A DNA stretch of 64,000 bases, taken from positions 26,784,001-26,848,000 of the forward strand of contig OZ024741.1 in NCBI GenBank assembly GCA_964016885.1, in the 5' to 3' direction. This document shows positions 36,233 through 48,400 of the stretch, piece by piece. A model generated the notes under the pieces. The model did no database searches, was not told the DNA's origin, and saw nothing but the letters and a program-made list of their open reading frames with translations. The translations under genes were made by a program, and so were the position numbers. How positions within the stretch are numbered: position 1 is the stretch's first letter; every line of letters begins with the position of its first letter. The DNA is from Eledone cirrhosa. Taxonomy: Eukaryota.

Positions 36233-37230
36233 GTTACAAAGGAATTAATTTTCAAATTATAAAGAATCTGATTAGATGTTTATTTAAGAGATTAAAATAT
36301 TTTTCAGTAAATGATTGCTGTTATCTTAATTTACTGAAACTAAAAATAAAATTTAAAGATCAAATTTAAAAACTCAAAAATATTACCAAATTTCTTCATC
36401 TTCAGATCATAACCAAATTCTTGCAGGCTTGTATATGAACCCATAATTGTGAATAATTATGAAATATAATATATCACTTACAATTAATTATAATTAATAA
36501 TCATATCACAATACATAATTACATTACAGATAATTTGTGCTGATATTTATATATATCGGCGACGAATTGGTAGAGTTGTTAGAAAACTTTACAGTATTCA
36601 TTCCAACACTCTGCTCTCTGAGTTCAAATCCCATCAAGGTCAACTTTGCCTTTCATCCTTCTGAGATCAATAAAAGAAGTACCAGTCTAATACTGGGTTC
36701 AATTCTTCCTCTATATCTCTTTCTCACTTTCTTTCTCCCACTTTCTATCCTTCTCTGCAAGAAATCTGCTGTACTCAGGCCTGGAGAGGGATGGGCTCCA
36801 CCAGGCTTAAAATGCCCAAGAAACGCTGTATGTCAATACGGCGCCACTAGAATTCTATCAGGAGTTACGAGACAAAGAAAATTTATATATATAAATATAT
36901 TTATCATCATCACTGTTTAACGTCCATTTTTCCATGCTGTCATGGGTTAGACGAGTTATCCTGTTGTAAGCAATGCCAGATCAGGTGACCATGTCTTGCT
37001 TATACAAAACCGATGTATATATATATATATATATATTCAGGTTTGAGGTTCACCACTGTATAGAGCTGGTCTATTGCGTATGGTCAATCGTAATGTAATA
37101 ATATGGAGAGTACTCAACGTAAAGCAGTTCAACCGTCTTTGTTTTTGTAGTTGGTGGTGCTATTACGGAGTTAAATATTATAATGAAATGACAGGAGGCT
37201 GGATTTGTGTAAATCCTTGAAAGGTTTATT

Positions 37231-37288
37231 ATACTATGATCATTTCAATGACCGGGTTCCGTATGAATCCGGTGATATCATCAGGTAT
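37231..37288 (-). ncRNA. Type I hammerhead ribozyme (family 2), left arm
   Basis: Mirror image of 37453-37510. Confidence 0.78.
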
Positions 37289-37452
37289 TCAAAATATAAT
37301 ACGTGAATGTAATAGATAAAATCCATGGGGCTGAAAATCGAGGACCCGAGGGCGACCGCTATTCTGCTCCTTCAACCTCAGCCGGTCGCCCTCGGGTCCT
37401 CGATTTTCAGCCCCATGGATTTTATCTATTACATTCACGTATTATATTTCGA

Positions 37453-37510
37453 ATACCTGATGATATCACCGGATTCATACGGAACCCGGTCATTGAAATG
37501 ATCATAGTAT
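37453..37510 (+). ncRNA. Type I hammerhead ribozyme (family 2), right arm
   Basis: AUAC-CUGAUGA-UAU(C)ACCGG..CCGGU(C)AUU-GAAA-UGAUCA-UA|GUAU. Confidence 0.8.
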
Positions 37511-37719
37511 AATAAACCTTTCAAGGATTTACACAAATCCAGCCTCCTGTCATTTCATTATAATTATATATATATATATATATAAACAATCAGTTATTTA
37601 ATTTGTTGGTTATTCAACAAATTTAGTTTATAACAGATTAGAAGCACTCTACAGAATTCTTCTGGAGTATTATATCAATAATATTAATAAATGGAAACTA
37701 TCTTTATAAAACCATATTT

Positions 37720-37780
37720 ATTTTATTATATATATTTCAAGGGTACCAACATTTTTTGGTACGCTCTCATCAGATAAAAT
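37720..37780 (-). ncRNA. Type I hammerhead ribozyme (family 1)
   Basis: AUUUUAU-CUGAUGA-GAG(C)GUACCAA-AAAAUG-UUGGUAC(C)CUU-GAAA-UAUAUA-UA|AUAAAAU. Confidence 0.88.
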
Positions 37781-38944
37781 ATATAAGTTGTTTTACAGAT
37801 AGTGACATATTCAAAACAAGAACTTATCGTTTTGAGTTCTGTTTGAATAGTGAAAAAGAATTTCAAATCATAGGATGAATATGCTAATGAGGGTAACGTT
37901 AAAATTGAAAAAGATCATTATATTTAGACGCTAGGTAAATTTAAATAATTATTAGGATTATTTTTTAAGGGAAGAGGAGATAGAGGTTATTATTAGGGTA
38001 AGGAAAGAATATAAGAAAAAAGTATATTAGAGTTAAAAATAGACTATTAATATATGTATATAAATTGTATGGAGCATATTTGTGAGGGTGTAGAGAGAGT
38101 AAAATAATCATATTTAATTATTTAATTATTTAATTATATATTTTGGGAGTATCTATAATATAATGTGAGAATTATAAATGTGTTAAAGTGAGAGAATATT
38201 AATTTAAAAAGTATTGTATTCATATATATGATTTAATATTATAAACATAGTTTTTTTTAATAGATAGATAATTTCAATATTTTTTATATGTGAAGAGTTA
38301 TGATAAATTTTTGTTTACATTTTCAATATATGTTTTAAGAAAATGGAAGTAGTTCTATTTTATTATAGAAGATTATTTTGTATATTCAATAATTGCATCA
38401 AGATAGGAATAAATTTACAAAATTTTAATAAATTTTAATATTTATGTAAAGTTTAGCTGTTATATAATCAAAAATGTGTAAGCGTGTTACATTTCAAAGG
38501 GAACGATAACTCTAAAATTTCATCGTTAAAATAGTTAAGTTATATTTACCGCTTATTCTAGAATTTACTTTAAAAAACATTCTAATAATGATATATGGAA
38601 AAATTATTTTATATATGATTTTATAGTATCATATATTACATACTTTCTAAGATAAAAATGTTTATATATGTATTTTGATACCATTCCTTATATCTATGCA
38701 TAGGTTAATGATTTTAAGTATTTATATGTAAGGATTTACAATGCCTATAGAGTCTATTAGGAAGAAATTCTACAGACATCCAACGTATATTCAAAAACAT
38801 CATTGCAGCCATCACAAAAAAAAAGTACATTCAAAAATATCATTTAAAAAACATCACAAAAACACCTACAAAGCACGGCGAAGACATATAAAATGTAAAC
38901 AGGTGAGATATAGAGGCTATAAATAATATTTTGTATAGATTAAA

Positions 38945-39240
38945 GATGCTTCCAAAAGTCTTAGACTGACGATGTCTGCAGAAGTTAAATATTTATTTCT
39001 TTTTATTTATAGTGTTTTTTTTTTATTGGTAACTATGTGAAATATTTCTTGAATACATAAATGACAAATTCTTGAGAGCCATATTTCGGTATGCGGGCGC
39101 TTTCGAAATCGTTTCCCAAGAGATTGAATAGTCAATATTATTGTCTTTTGAGTACCAGATTAGATGTGAAAGTGATGTTGAGAATTTTTTGTCTGATCTA
39201 TTAAATGTATGTTTGTGATTATACCAGCGTTCCTTAAATC
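38945..39240 (-). pseudogene. C-terminal GIY-YIG endonuclease remnant of a Penelope-like element (frameshifted)
   Basis: FKERWYNHKHTF..STSLSHLIWYSKDNNIDYSISWETISKAPAYRN / SRICHLCIQEIFHI / INKK / FCRHR. Not in the ORF track. Confidence 0.85.
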
Positions 39241-39268
39241 TTACTCTACTACTACTTATATATATATA

Positions 39269-39530
39269 TCTATCTATCTAGGGCGGGTAAAATTCCTGAG
39301 ATCCATGGACGAGTTCTCTCCAGCGGTCTCTGTCCCTCATTATCGCTGCCATGTCCTGCGTCTCCAACAGACCAGTGTCTGTCCTTAGGGCATCAACATA
39401 CGTTAACCTTGGTCTTCCTCTTCCATTGTGTCCATGTAGGGGCTCCCACAGGAGCACTGAGTGCAATGTCAACTCCTGATGTCGGTGAGCATGTCCAGCT
39501 AACCTCAGTCTCTGTGTCACACCACACACC
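39269..39530 (-). mobile_element. 5'-truncated RTE-type LINE (RLAGH family) with (TAGA)n tail and 15-bp TSD
   Basis: RLRLAGHAHRH..VLLWEP..RGRPRLTYVD; TSD ACTTATATATATATA at 39254-39268 and 39531-39545. Confidence 0.88.
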
Positions 39531-40171
39531 ACTTATATATATATAACGTTATTTATATAAATGGTTTTCCTTTTTTCAAATTCTTATATTCTGATATGTA
39601 TATAAATATATGGACGAAAAACTTTATAATTTAGTTTTTTTTTTTAAAGAAAACTTTGTTTTCTAGTTTGTTTGAGTACATAACTTGAAGTCCTAACAAA
39701 TTTTGTCCATTTAAATGTTTATTTAAAATAGTGGTCGCATTGAAGTTCGTTTGGATACTTTTTCTAGTACTGACATAGTTTATATTCAAATGTAAACAGT
39801 TACTGTTTGTTGTAAACTTACATACAAAATGAATCAAAGAGCTAATAATGTTTCTTGTATTTTTTGATAATTCTGATGAATCCAATCGCTTGTTCAAATA
39901 ATTAATTAATTAATAATATGTTATATGAGATGGAAGTAATGTGTGTTAATTAAAATATAATATAACTAAGTCTTTGGTCATCTTTTCAATGTAATATTTG
40001 CTCTATGAGTCTACTTAAACATCTGAAATAAGGAGTTCAAGTAGAATTGTATATAGCATTCTGAGTAGTTTACTGTAATATATCTCATATTGTGAGCTGT
40101 AATAACTTCTTCACCTGCCTTTATCTGTTTTCTTAATTGAAAACGACTTATTCTAAATTAATATATATTGC

Positions 40172-40601
40172 GCCTTGCCCATGTACAAAGCGAAACCTAC
40201 AGTCAATAGGCACCTTTTAACCCAATATACACCCCAATCCACTACTCCTACCCTATCCTCCCATTCCCACCAACACCATCCTCTCTCTGTAAAGTTGGTA
40301 CCACAACATCCAGTCCAAATAAATGAGATAATGAGATCGAGATCGTGTAGGTGTCACGACAAAAAAACACACAGTCTACGCTACAATGTGGCCGTGTAGG
40401 TAACACGGTAAAAAGTTCCCAGTTCCACACTGTAAATGTGGTTGGTGTTAGAAAGGGCATCCAGCTGTAGAAAACCTGCCAGATAGTCCTATATGAGCGA
40501 GACACGGTCACCCGACCTACCTTGCCTCAAGTGGGACAACTCCTGTCTAACCCATGCTAGTGTGGAAGATGGACATTAAACGAAGATGATGATGATGATG
40601 A
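40172..40601 (+). mobile_element. RTE family A 3' end
   Basis: Colinear with 6570-6971. Confidence 0.88.
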
Positions 40602-41204
40602 TATACATATATTATTTTATTTTATTTTATTGTCATTTTGATTTATTCTCGTTCTATTTTATATTCTTAAACATAAATACCATTTTTATACTGAACATCT
40701 CATTCCTGAATTCTATGGCATGTTGGAAAGATACTACCACAAACAATTATAAGCTTTCTGGAGATGTTTGATAAATAAAGTATATCATATGATTGAAAAA
40801 TATATATTGTAGTCATCATATGTAGACTATTATAATAGACACAGAAACATATGTTAAAGCCAATAATTTCTTACTTTCCTTTCTCGCCAAAGTCTATATT
40901 TTTCTTGGTGCAATACTTGCTTATATATATATATATCATCATCAGCTTCATCACCGTTTAACGTCTATTTTTCCATGCTAGCATGAGTTAGACGTGTTGT
41001 CCTGTTGTACCCAGTTACTGTGTACCAAATGTCATTCCCCTATCATTGTTTAACCCACAGCTATAGTAAAGAACATACATGATGATACAGCCATACCTGC
41101 ACCTATACTTTTGAACTATATACACACAAACACATTTGTATGTTAAAATGTAAATTAAACAGCAACTTATTCCACTTAAGTATATATGAAAACTAAAGTA
41201 TATT

Positions 41205-41631
41205 TTCTTCTTCTTTGCCTTCTTCTTCTTCTTCTTCTTGAGAGGGTCATGGGGGAAGAGTCCTCAAACACCCCTTCCAGTGGGTCCTGTCAGAAACAAC
41301 TGTCTCCAAACAAAACCAGCCAAGCTCATAGATGTTACCCAACCATCTTGCTCGAGGCCTAACCCTGGGTCTGCTACCGGTTGGTTTTGCCCGTAAAATC
41401 TCTCCAGCGATTCTTTCCTGAGACATTTTAACCACATACCCATAGTATCAGAGCTGTGATCTCTCAATTTGGAGAAGTGGCTCTACCTGGAGTGACTCTC
41501 TCATCTTTGAGCTATGAACTCTATCAAATAACGTAACTCCAAAACCCTTCGGAGGAACCCTATATGGGCTGCTTGTATTCACGATCGTATTCCTTTGGTT
41601 ATTACCCAAGATTCATGACCATAGGTAAGGG
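41205..41631 (-). mobile_element. RTE (GAA-tailed family) fragment
   Basis: (TTC)n on plus strand; homologous to 11799-12191; possible TSD GTATATTT. Confidence 0.8.
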
Positions 41632-43254
41632 TATATTTGCATTAATTTAATTTATCTACTGAGTTACGCCCCTTTATGATCTGAGTTCAAATCCTGCTGA
41701 GGTTAACTTTGCCTTTCATCCTTACAGTGTCGATAAAATAAAGTACCAGTAATGTACTGGGATAATTGCTGGCCTTGTGCCAAATGTAGAAACAATTAAT
41801 TTAATTTATCTAATAACATTCTTGATACCAAACCACCTGAAACTGACTCTAGTTCTCATCATCATTATCATCACTGTTTAACGTATATTTTTCCATGCTG
41901 GCATATGTTAGACGACCCATAGTTCACTGATTTTGAAATGTCTATATTTATCTACAAACTTTCCATCATAATTATTTGTAAGAACCTTTGTTATGTTCCA
42001 AACACCTGTTTAATAAGAAGAAGCCCCTATGAATTCTTGATTATTCTCAAAATTAATTAAAAATATAATAACGAAAGGGTTAATACAAGAGTGTATGTAT
42101 GTGCATCTTTGTGTATATGTTTATGTGTGAATGTGTGTGTGTGTGTGAAATAAATCTCATATACCATTTTCAATTCATTTTTTCTTCTATTTTAATTGTT
42201 GGCATTTGTATGAAAGAGTCAGTTGACATTTCATATCCAAACAAAACAACTTCTATTTCAAAATATATTTCACATTCTAGAAAGTTCTTACTATTCATAG
42301 ACACCATTGCTTTCCTGCTGAGATTCCATCACACTACCCCATTCACCTCTCTTTCTCTCTTATATATACATACATTCACACACACACCTTTTCTCTCTTT
42401 TTTTCTCTCATATATATATATACATACACATATGCACACACACATATATATATATCTTTTCTCTCTCTTTTCTCTCATCTCTCTCTCTCTGTCTTTCCTT
42501 CTTTCATGTATTGAATCTTGAAGGAATTGCTTTCCTGTTTTGTTTTGTTTTGTTATTACCCGGGGGGTGAGAGTGGGGGGATTGTTTGGGGTTCGGTGTG
42601 GGGTGGGGGTGAGGTGGCAACAGAAGCAAAGAAATGAAGAATAGCTCAAAAGATGAATGGAAAAAGCAGAACTGAAAGTAAACGTGAAAAATAGCCATTA
42701 AATTGATGTTTCATAAGAAAAAAAAATGTATATTTATTTTGTTTTGTTTGTTTATTGTTGTTGTTGTTGTTGCTGCTGCTGCATGATTGGAATATTGAAG
42801 TAGTTGTTAACATCACCTACAGACACATTCGGTATAAGTCCACTGTGGAGTAAACCCTATATTTTGTGCACACAACTGAATTTTATTGCTTGAGAAAATT
42901 CATAGCTTCATAGCTGACAGTTTGGTCTCTGATCTGCTCATCAAAAATACTGATTGTGATGGTGGTGGTGGCAGTGGTGGTGGTGGTGGTGGTGGCGGTG
43001 GTAGTGGTGGCAGTGGTGGTTGCAGTGGCGGTGGTGGTGGTGGTGGTGGTTTTGGCGGCGGTGGTGGTGGCAGTGGTAGTAATGGTGTTAATGGTGGTTG
43101 TGATAATGGTGTTGGTTGTGGTGCTGTGGTTGTAGTGGTGATGTGGTGGTGGCAATAGCTGTGGTACTTGTGGCAGTTGTGGTTGTAGTGGTAGGAGTGT
43201 ATACATTATATATATATATATTTGTGTATATAAGTTTGTGTACATTATATATAA

Positions 43255-43545
43255 TAATAATTTTTTCTACTTTTGGCACAAGGCCAGTAATTATCCAGTA
43301 CATTACTGGTACTTTATTTTATCGACCTCGTAAGGATGAAAGGCAAAGTTAACCTTGGTGGGAGATTGACAGTATCGGTAGAGGGTCGGACGCCATGCTT
43401 TGCAGCAGAGAGTTACGGCCCTTTACGATCTGAGTTCAAATCCAGCCAAGGTTAACTTTGCCTTTCATCCTTACGGGGTCGATAAAATAAAGTACCAGTA
43501 ATGCACTGATAATTGCTGACCTTGTGCCAAAAGTAGAAACAATTA
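43255..43545. mobile_element. Head-to-head pair of SINE family 2 copies
   Basis: Minus copy 43255-43362 joined to plus copy 43365-43545. Confidence 0.85.
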
Positions 43546-44318
43546 TATATTTGTGTATATTATATATACTTGTGTATATAAGTTTGTGTACATTTTATAT
43601 TTTACTCTTTTACCTGTTTCAGCCATCCGGCTGAGGCCATGCTGTGTATAAAGCTGTGTATATATAGATGAAAGTTTCTAAAAGTTACTTCTAGTTCATC
43701 ATTATCATCATCTCTTCACATGTCAGTCTCTCCTTTCTCAACACCTTTGTATAAGTCTACCTCAGTCTACCACAGCCTCTCTTCACATGTCCTTCTCTCA
43801 TTTATCATCTTTGTGAGGTCCTCAGATCCTAGGATCTGCTCTCAACATCTTTATATAAGTCTACTTTGGTCTACCACAGCATTCCTCCACATTTCTCTCC
43901 TTTATCTCTTTTAAGAGGTAACATGATCCTGAGATCATCTCTCACCATTTCAGCCTAAGTTTACCTCCGTCAACTTATAAATATAATATATTAGATCACA
44001 GCTTTCCTCTCTCTCTCTCTTCTCTCTCGCTTTCTCCTCTCTCTCTCTCTCAACATGTACAAATGCCACTGTTATTAGCCAACATTAGGAAGGAAGGCTT
44101 GAATAGGAATTGACTGTTTTGGAACCGAGCCACCTGAAATCACACCTAGTTCAGTATTAATACTGCCCAGTTTTAAAATGTTCATATCTAAATTAAAACC
44201 TTCTCTTATAATTTTATGTGAGAACTTTCTAAACACAAATTTAATTAAAAAGCTTTCTAATTAAACCCTTCGAATTCTTGGTTATTTTTAAAATTAATTG
44301 AAATGTATTCAATGTATT

Positions 44319-44620
44319 TTATGAAGCTGAATATTTACATGGAGGCCGGCAATGTTTTGCCTTCTCCGCGAAGGTGGCATGATACCAGCAAAATAATGGC
44401 TTGCTGGCGGGCGAAGTAGTATGCCGACGTGGAGTCGCGAAAGAACGCAAACGACTCCTAGGCCGCCAGGAATACGGCCTATTCTCCCTGCATAACCGAG
44501 CGACTTGCTGCGTCAATAGCTTTTAACATGGCATCCTCGCGTGTCGAGACGGGCTGGTTCGAATGTGAAGAAGAAGCTAATTTTCCAACGGTTAACCCGA
44601 CCTTTTTCATCGCTAATGCT
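44319..44620 (-). pseudogene. Gypsy (CsRn1-type) gag C-terminal fragment
   Basis: CWYHATFAEKAKHCRPPC fits Cx2Hx9Cx3C, preceded by LTQQVARL and an RS-rich linker; local GC/CpG island. Confidence 0.82.
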
Positions 44621-46239
44621 GGGCATCCCTATCATGCATTGTTGAATTCTTTCCCACAGCTTACTCAGGGAAATTGAAACCAAAAATTGGTGACCATCTC
44701 TCCTAAAGTGGTGACCCCGACATGATCTTCTACAGGCTTAAAAGAGATGTTATTTCAAGAATATGGTACAAATGTATTCAAAACCCGAGTCTAAAGTGAT
44801 ACAACACTGCTTAAAAATAACAATAATTGATTACAGTTTCATTTAAACATGTCATGTTGTTTTTTAACCCTAACTTGATCCTGACTTTTCTGAATCAAAG
44901 GTGTTCCATATGTTCCAGATAAGGTCATTCCATCTTCTCATATAACTATAACTACATTGTCCAATGTTTCCTTCAGATGGTACAGTGTGATATGAGGGAG
45001 ATTTGACTGCTATTATTAGCAATTCAAGCAACTATATAGATGCCTCTTATAATACATTTGTTATTATATTTCTAATGGTGAATTGGCAGTATCGGTAGAG
45101 TGTCAGACATGCTTTGTTGCATAGAGTTACGGCCCTTTACGTTCTGAGTTCAAATTCCACCAAGGTTAGGTTTGCCTTTCATCCTTATGGGGTCAATAGA
45201 ATAAAGTACCAGTAATGCACTGGAGTCAATTTAATCGACTTTATTATTTTGAAATAATTTTGAAAATAATCAAGAATTTGAAAGGATTTAGTTATATAAC
45301 TCTCTAATTGTTAAGTTGGTGTTTGGAAGATAACAAAGGTTCTTACATAGAATTATGATTGAAGGTTTTAAAATCAATATAAAAAGTCTAATATAAACAG
45401 CTTAGTATTATAGAACCAGGGGTGATTTCAGGTAGGTTGATATCAAAACCTTTACTTCATTACAATGATTAGCATAATCTGATTTGGTAAACCACAAAAC
45501 CACAGAGTATTAGTCATAGTAGTTGTTACGATATCTATTATGATAGTCATAGTGATGGTTATAGTTGTGTGGTGTTGATGTTATTGAAACTGTTGTGAAT
45601 GGTGAGGATAATGATGATTGAGTCAGTAATGATGTTGGTAACAATGATGACAGTGTTGTTAATATTGATGATGATGACAGTTATGATAACATTGTTGATG
45701 ATGAGGACAATGACAGCAACAGTGATGATGATGTCTAGTATGTTTAATGAACGTTTAAATAATATTTGAAAACCTTCATGTTGAAATAAAACAAAGAACC
45801 TTCAAAACTTATTGGAAATTTTACTGAACATATAAAAAAACATTTCTTCATTGTATAGGAACTAAATTAATATTTTAGGTTTCAAAATAAATTATTTTGT
45901 AAACAAAATTATCTCCATATTTTAATAAAAAATGAGTGGAGGGAAAAGAGAAAGCATTTTTAATTTTATTAAAGATTTAGAATTATTGTGAGAATCTAAT
46001 ATAGTTTTATTGTTTAAAATTTCTAAAATCTAAAAAAAAACTCATATTGAAATTTAGAAATGTGAAAATGTTTCTAAATTCGGTGTATAATGTATAATAT
46101 ATTTTTGTAGATGTTTAAAGATTGATTAAATAAATTTTGTAACTGAGTTCTGAAATAAATAAATAATGTATTTAACCTGTCTAACCCACACAAGCATGGA
46201 AAATGGACGTTAAACATTGATGATGATAATGATGATGAG

Positions 46240-46652
46240 TGAAAGCATATGGTCTAGTAGTTCGATTGTTCTAAAGTTTAGTCTGTCCCAAGCCAGGAGG
46301 CTCAATAGGCCAGTGCTTAACCCAGACATTATGATCGTAAGTCCAATACCTTTACCACTAGGCCACGTGCCTCCATAGGTTACATTGTTAGCCTCTGAAT
46401 TCTAAAGTGATGGGTTCAATCTCTTGACTGAGTGGCATGTTATGTTCTTGAGAGCAGGATACATCATTCCACATTGACCTAGCCTATTCAACTGAAAAAA
46501 GATGGGTACCCATAATGGTTGGGGGTTAACTTTGTGACAGACTTGCGATGGTCTGGCATCTTTGTCTTGTATTCTCAGTCACTTAATGCTAAGGAAACCA
46601 GGTTAAGCACTGGCTTAATGAACCTCCTGGTTTGTGACAAACTTTAGACTTA
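46240..46652 (+). mobile_element. Degenerate SINE (third family) with an inverted, internally deleted copy of itself near the head
   Basis: 46272-46325 is the approximate reverse complement of 46598-46650; tRNA-like head pieces on both strands. Confidence 0.55.
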
Positions 46653-47194
46653 TTTTGGCATGTACAGTGAAGACTATGTTTCACTGATGAAATAAGAATA
46701 AGGCTAAAACCTGTCCGGAGTTGTCTCCTATACTTAGCAAAACCATGCAAAGTTAACACTCATTTTTCCTCACACTATAATTATTTCTAGTTAATATTTT
46801 TAATACGTATTTCATGAAATATATTGGTTCCTGATTTAAGCACAAGGTCAACAATTTTGGGGAGAGGAAAGTCGATTAAATTGACCCCAGTACGTTACTG
46901 GTGCTTTATTTTATCAACCCCATTAGGATGAAAGGCAAAGCTAACCTCAGCAGGATTTGAACTCAGATCGTAAAAAGGTGTAACCCTATGCCATAAAGTA
47001 TGTTGTCCGATGCTCTACTGGTTCTTCCTATCCACTGCTGTATTAGATGAAATATATTAACACTAACATAACTATTATTTTATTTTTCAACTGTTATAAA
47101 GTTTGAATTCATGACCATGAACTCAAATTTTAGGAATGTCATTATATAGTGGAAGAACCATTTCAACCATCTAAAAACACATAAAAACTGTTAT

Positions 47195-48400
47195 ACTTTA
47201 TACCTGTTGTGAGATGTGAAAATGTCACACAACTGCTACCTGGTCACTGATGCATATTTTATACCTGTTGTGAGATGTGATATATATTTTATACCAGTGT
47301 GATATGTGATATTTTATACCTGTGTGATATGTGATATTTTATACCAGTGTGAGATGTGATATTTTATACCAGTGTGATATGTGATATTTTATACCAGTGT
47401 GAGATGTGATATTTTATATCTGTTGTGATATGTGATATTCTATACCAGTATGAGATGTGATATTTTATACCTGTTGTGAGATGTGATATACTATACCTGT
47501 GTGATATGTGATATTTTATACCAGTATGAGATGTGATATGTTATACCTGTTGTGAGATGTGATATACTATACCTGTTGTAGATGTGATATTTTATACCTG
47601 TGTGATATGTGATATTTTATACCAGTATGAGATGTGATATTTTATACCTGTGTGATATGTGATATTTTATACCAGTATGATATGTGATATTTTATACCTG
47701 TTGTGATATGTGATATTCTATACCTGTGTGAGATGTGATATTTTATACCTGTTGTGATATGTGATATTTTATACCAGTGTGAGATGTGATATTTTATACC
47801 AGTGTGAGATGTGATATTTTATACCAGTGTGAGATGTGATATTTTATACCAGTGTGAGATGTGATATTTTATATCTGTTGTAGATGTGATATTTTATACC
47901 TGTTGTGATATGTGATATTTTATACCAGTGTGAGATGTGATATTCTATACCAGTATGATATGTGATATTTTATATCAGTGTGAGATGTGATATTTTATAC
48001 CTGTTGTGATATGTGATATTTTATACCAGTGTGAGATGTGATATTCTATATCTGTTGTAGATGTGATATTTTATACCTGTTGTGATATGTGATATTTTAT
48101 ACCAGTGTGAGATGTGATATTCTATACCTGTTGTAGATGTGGATATTTTATACCTGTTGTGATATGTGATATTCTATACCAGTTGTAGATGTGATATTTT
48201 ATACCTGTTGTGATATGTGATATTCTATACCAGTGTGAGATGTGATATTCTATACCTGTTGTAGATGTGATATTTTATACCTGTTGTGATATGTCATATT
48301 TTATACCAGTGTGATATGTGATATTTTATACCTGTTGTGATATGTGATATTTTATACCTGTTGTAGATGTGATATATACTTTATACTTGTTGAGAAATGT
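47195..48400. repeat. 25-26-bp minisatellite
   Basis: Unit TATTTTATACC(AG/TGT)TGTGA(G/T)ATGTGA. Confidence 0.95.

Larger units (their letters stand above)
37036..37564. mobile_element. Penelope-like fold-back (family 2): 182-bp arms, 24-nt spacer, 141-bp tail, in (TA)n
   Basis: 37177-37358 and 37383-37564 are reverse complements (1 mismatch seen); a hammerhead in each arm. Confidence 0.88.
37676..39245 (-). mobile_element. 5'-truncated Penelope-like element: GIY-YIG remnant, AT-rich 3' region, hammerhead, tail
   Basis: Endonuclease remnant and family-1 hammerhead lie on the same strand in the expected order; continuity across the AT-rich middle is inferred. Confidence 0.72.

Noticed and set aside
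39631-39897. 88-aa minus-strand ORF as a continuation of the Penelope ORF
   Set aside because: No RT or GIY-YIG motifs, and it is separated from the remnant by a TA tract.
42600-42860. Promoter or first exon after a CT-rich tract
   Set aside because: The ATG frame stops after 6 codons and the donor sites are weak.
44340-44560. Structured ncRNA suggested by tandem hairpins
   Set aside because: Better explained as Gypsy gag coding sequence (Cx2Hx9Cx3C); no snRNA, SRP or RNase P motifs recognised.
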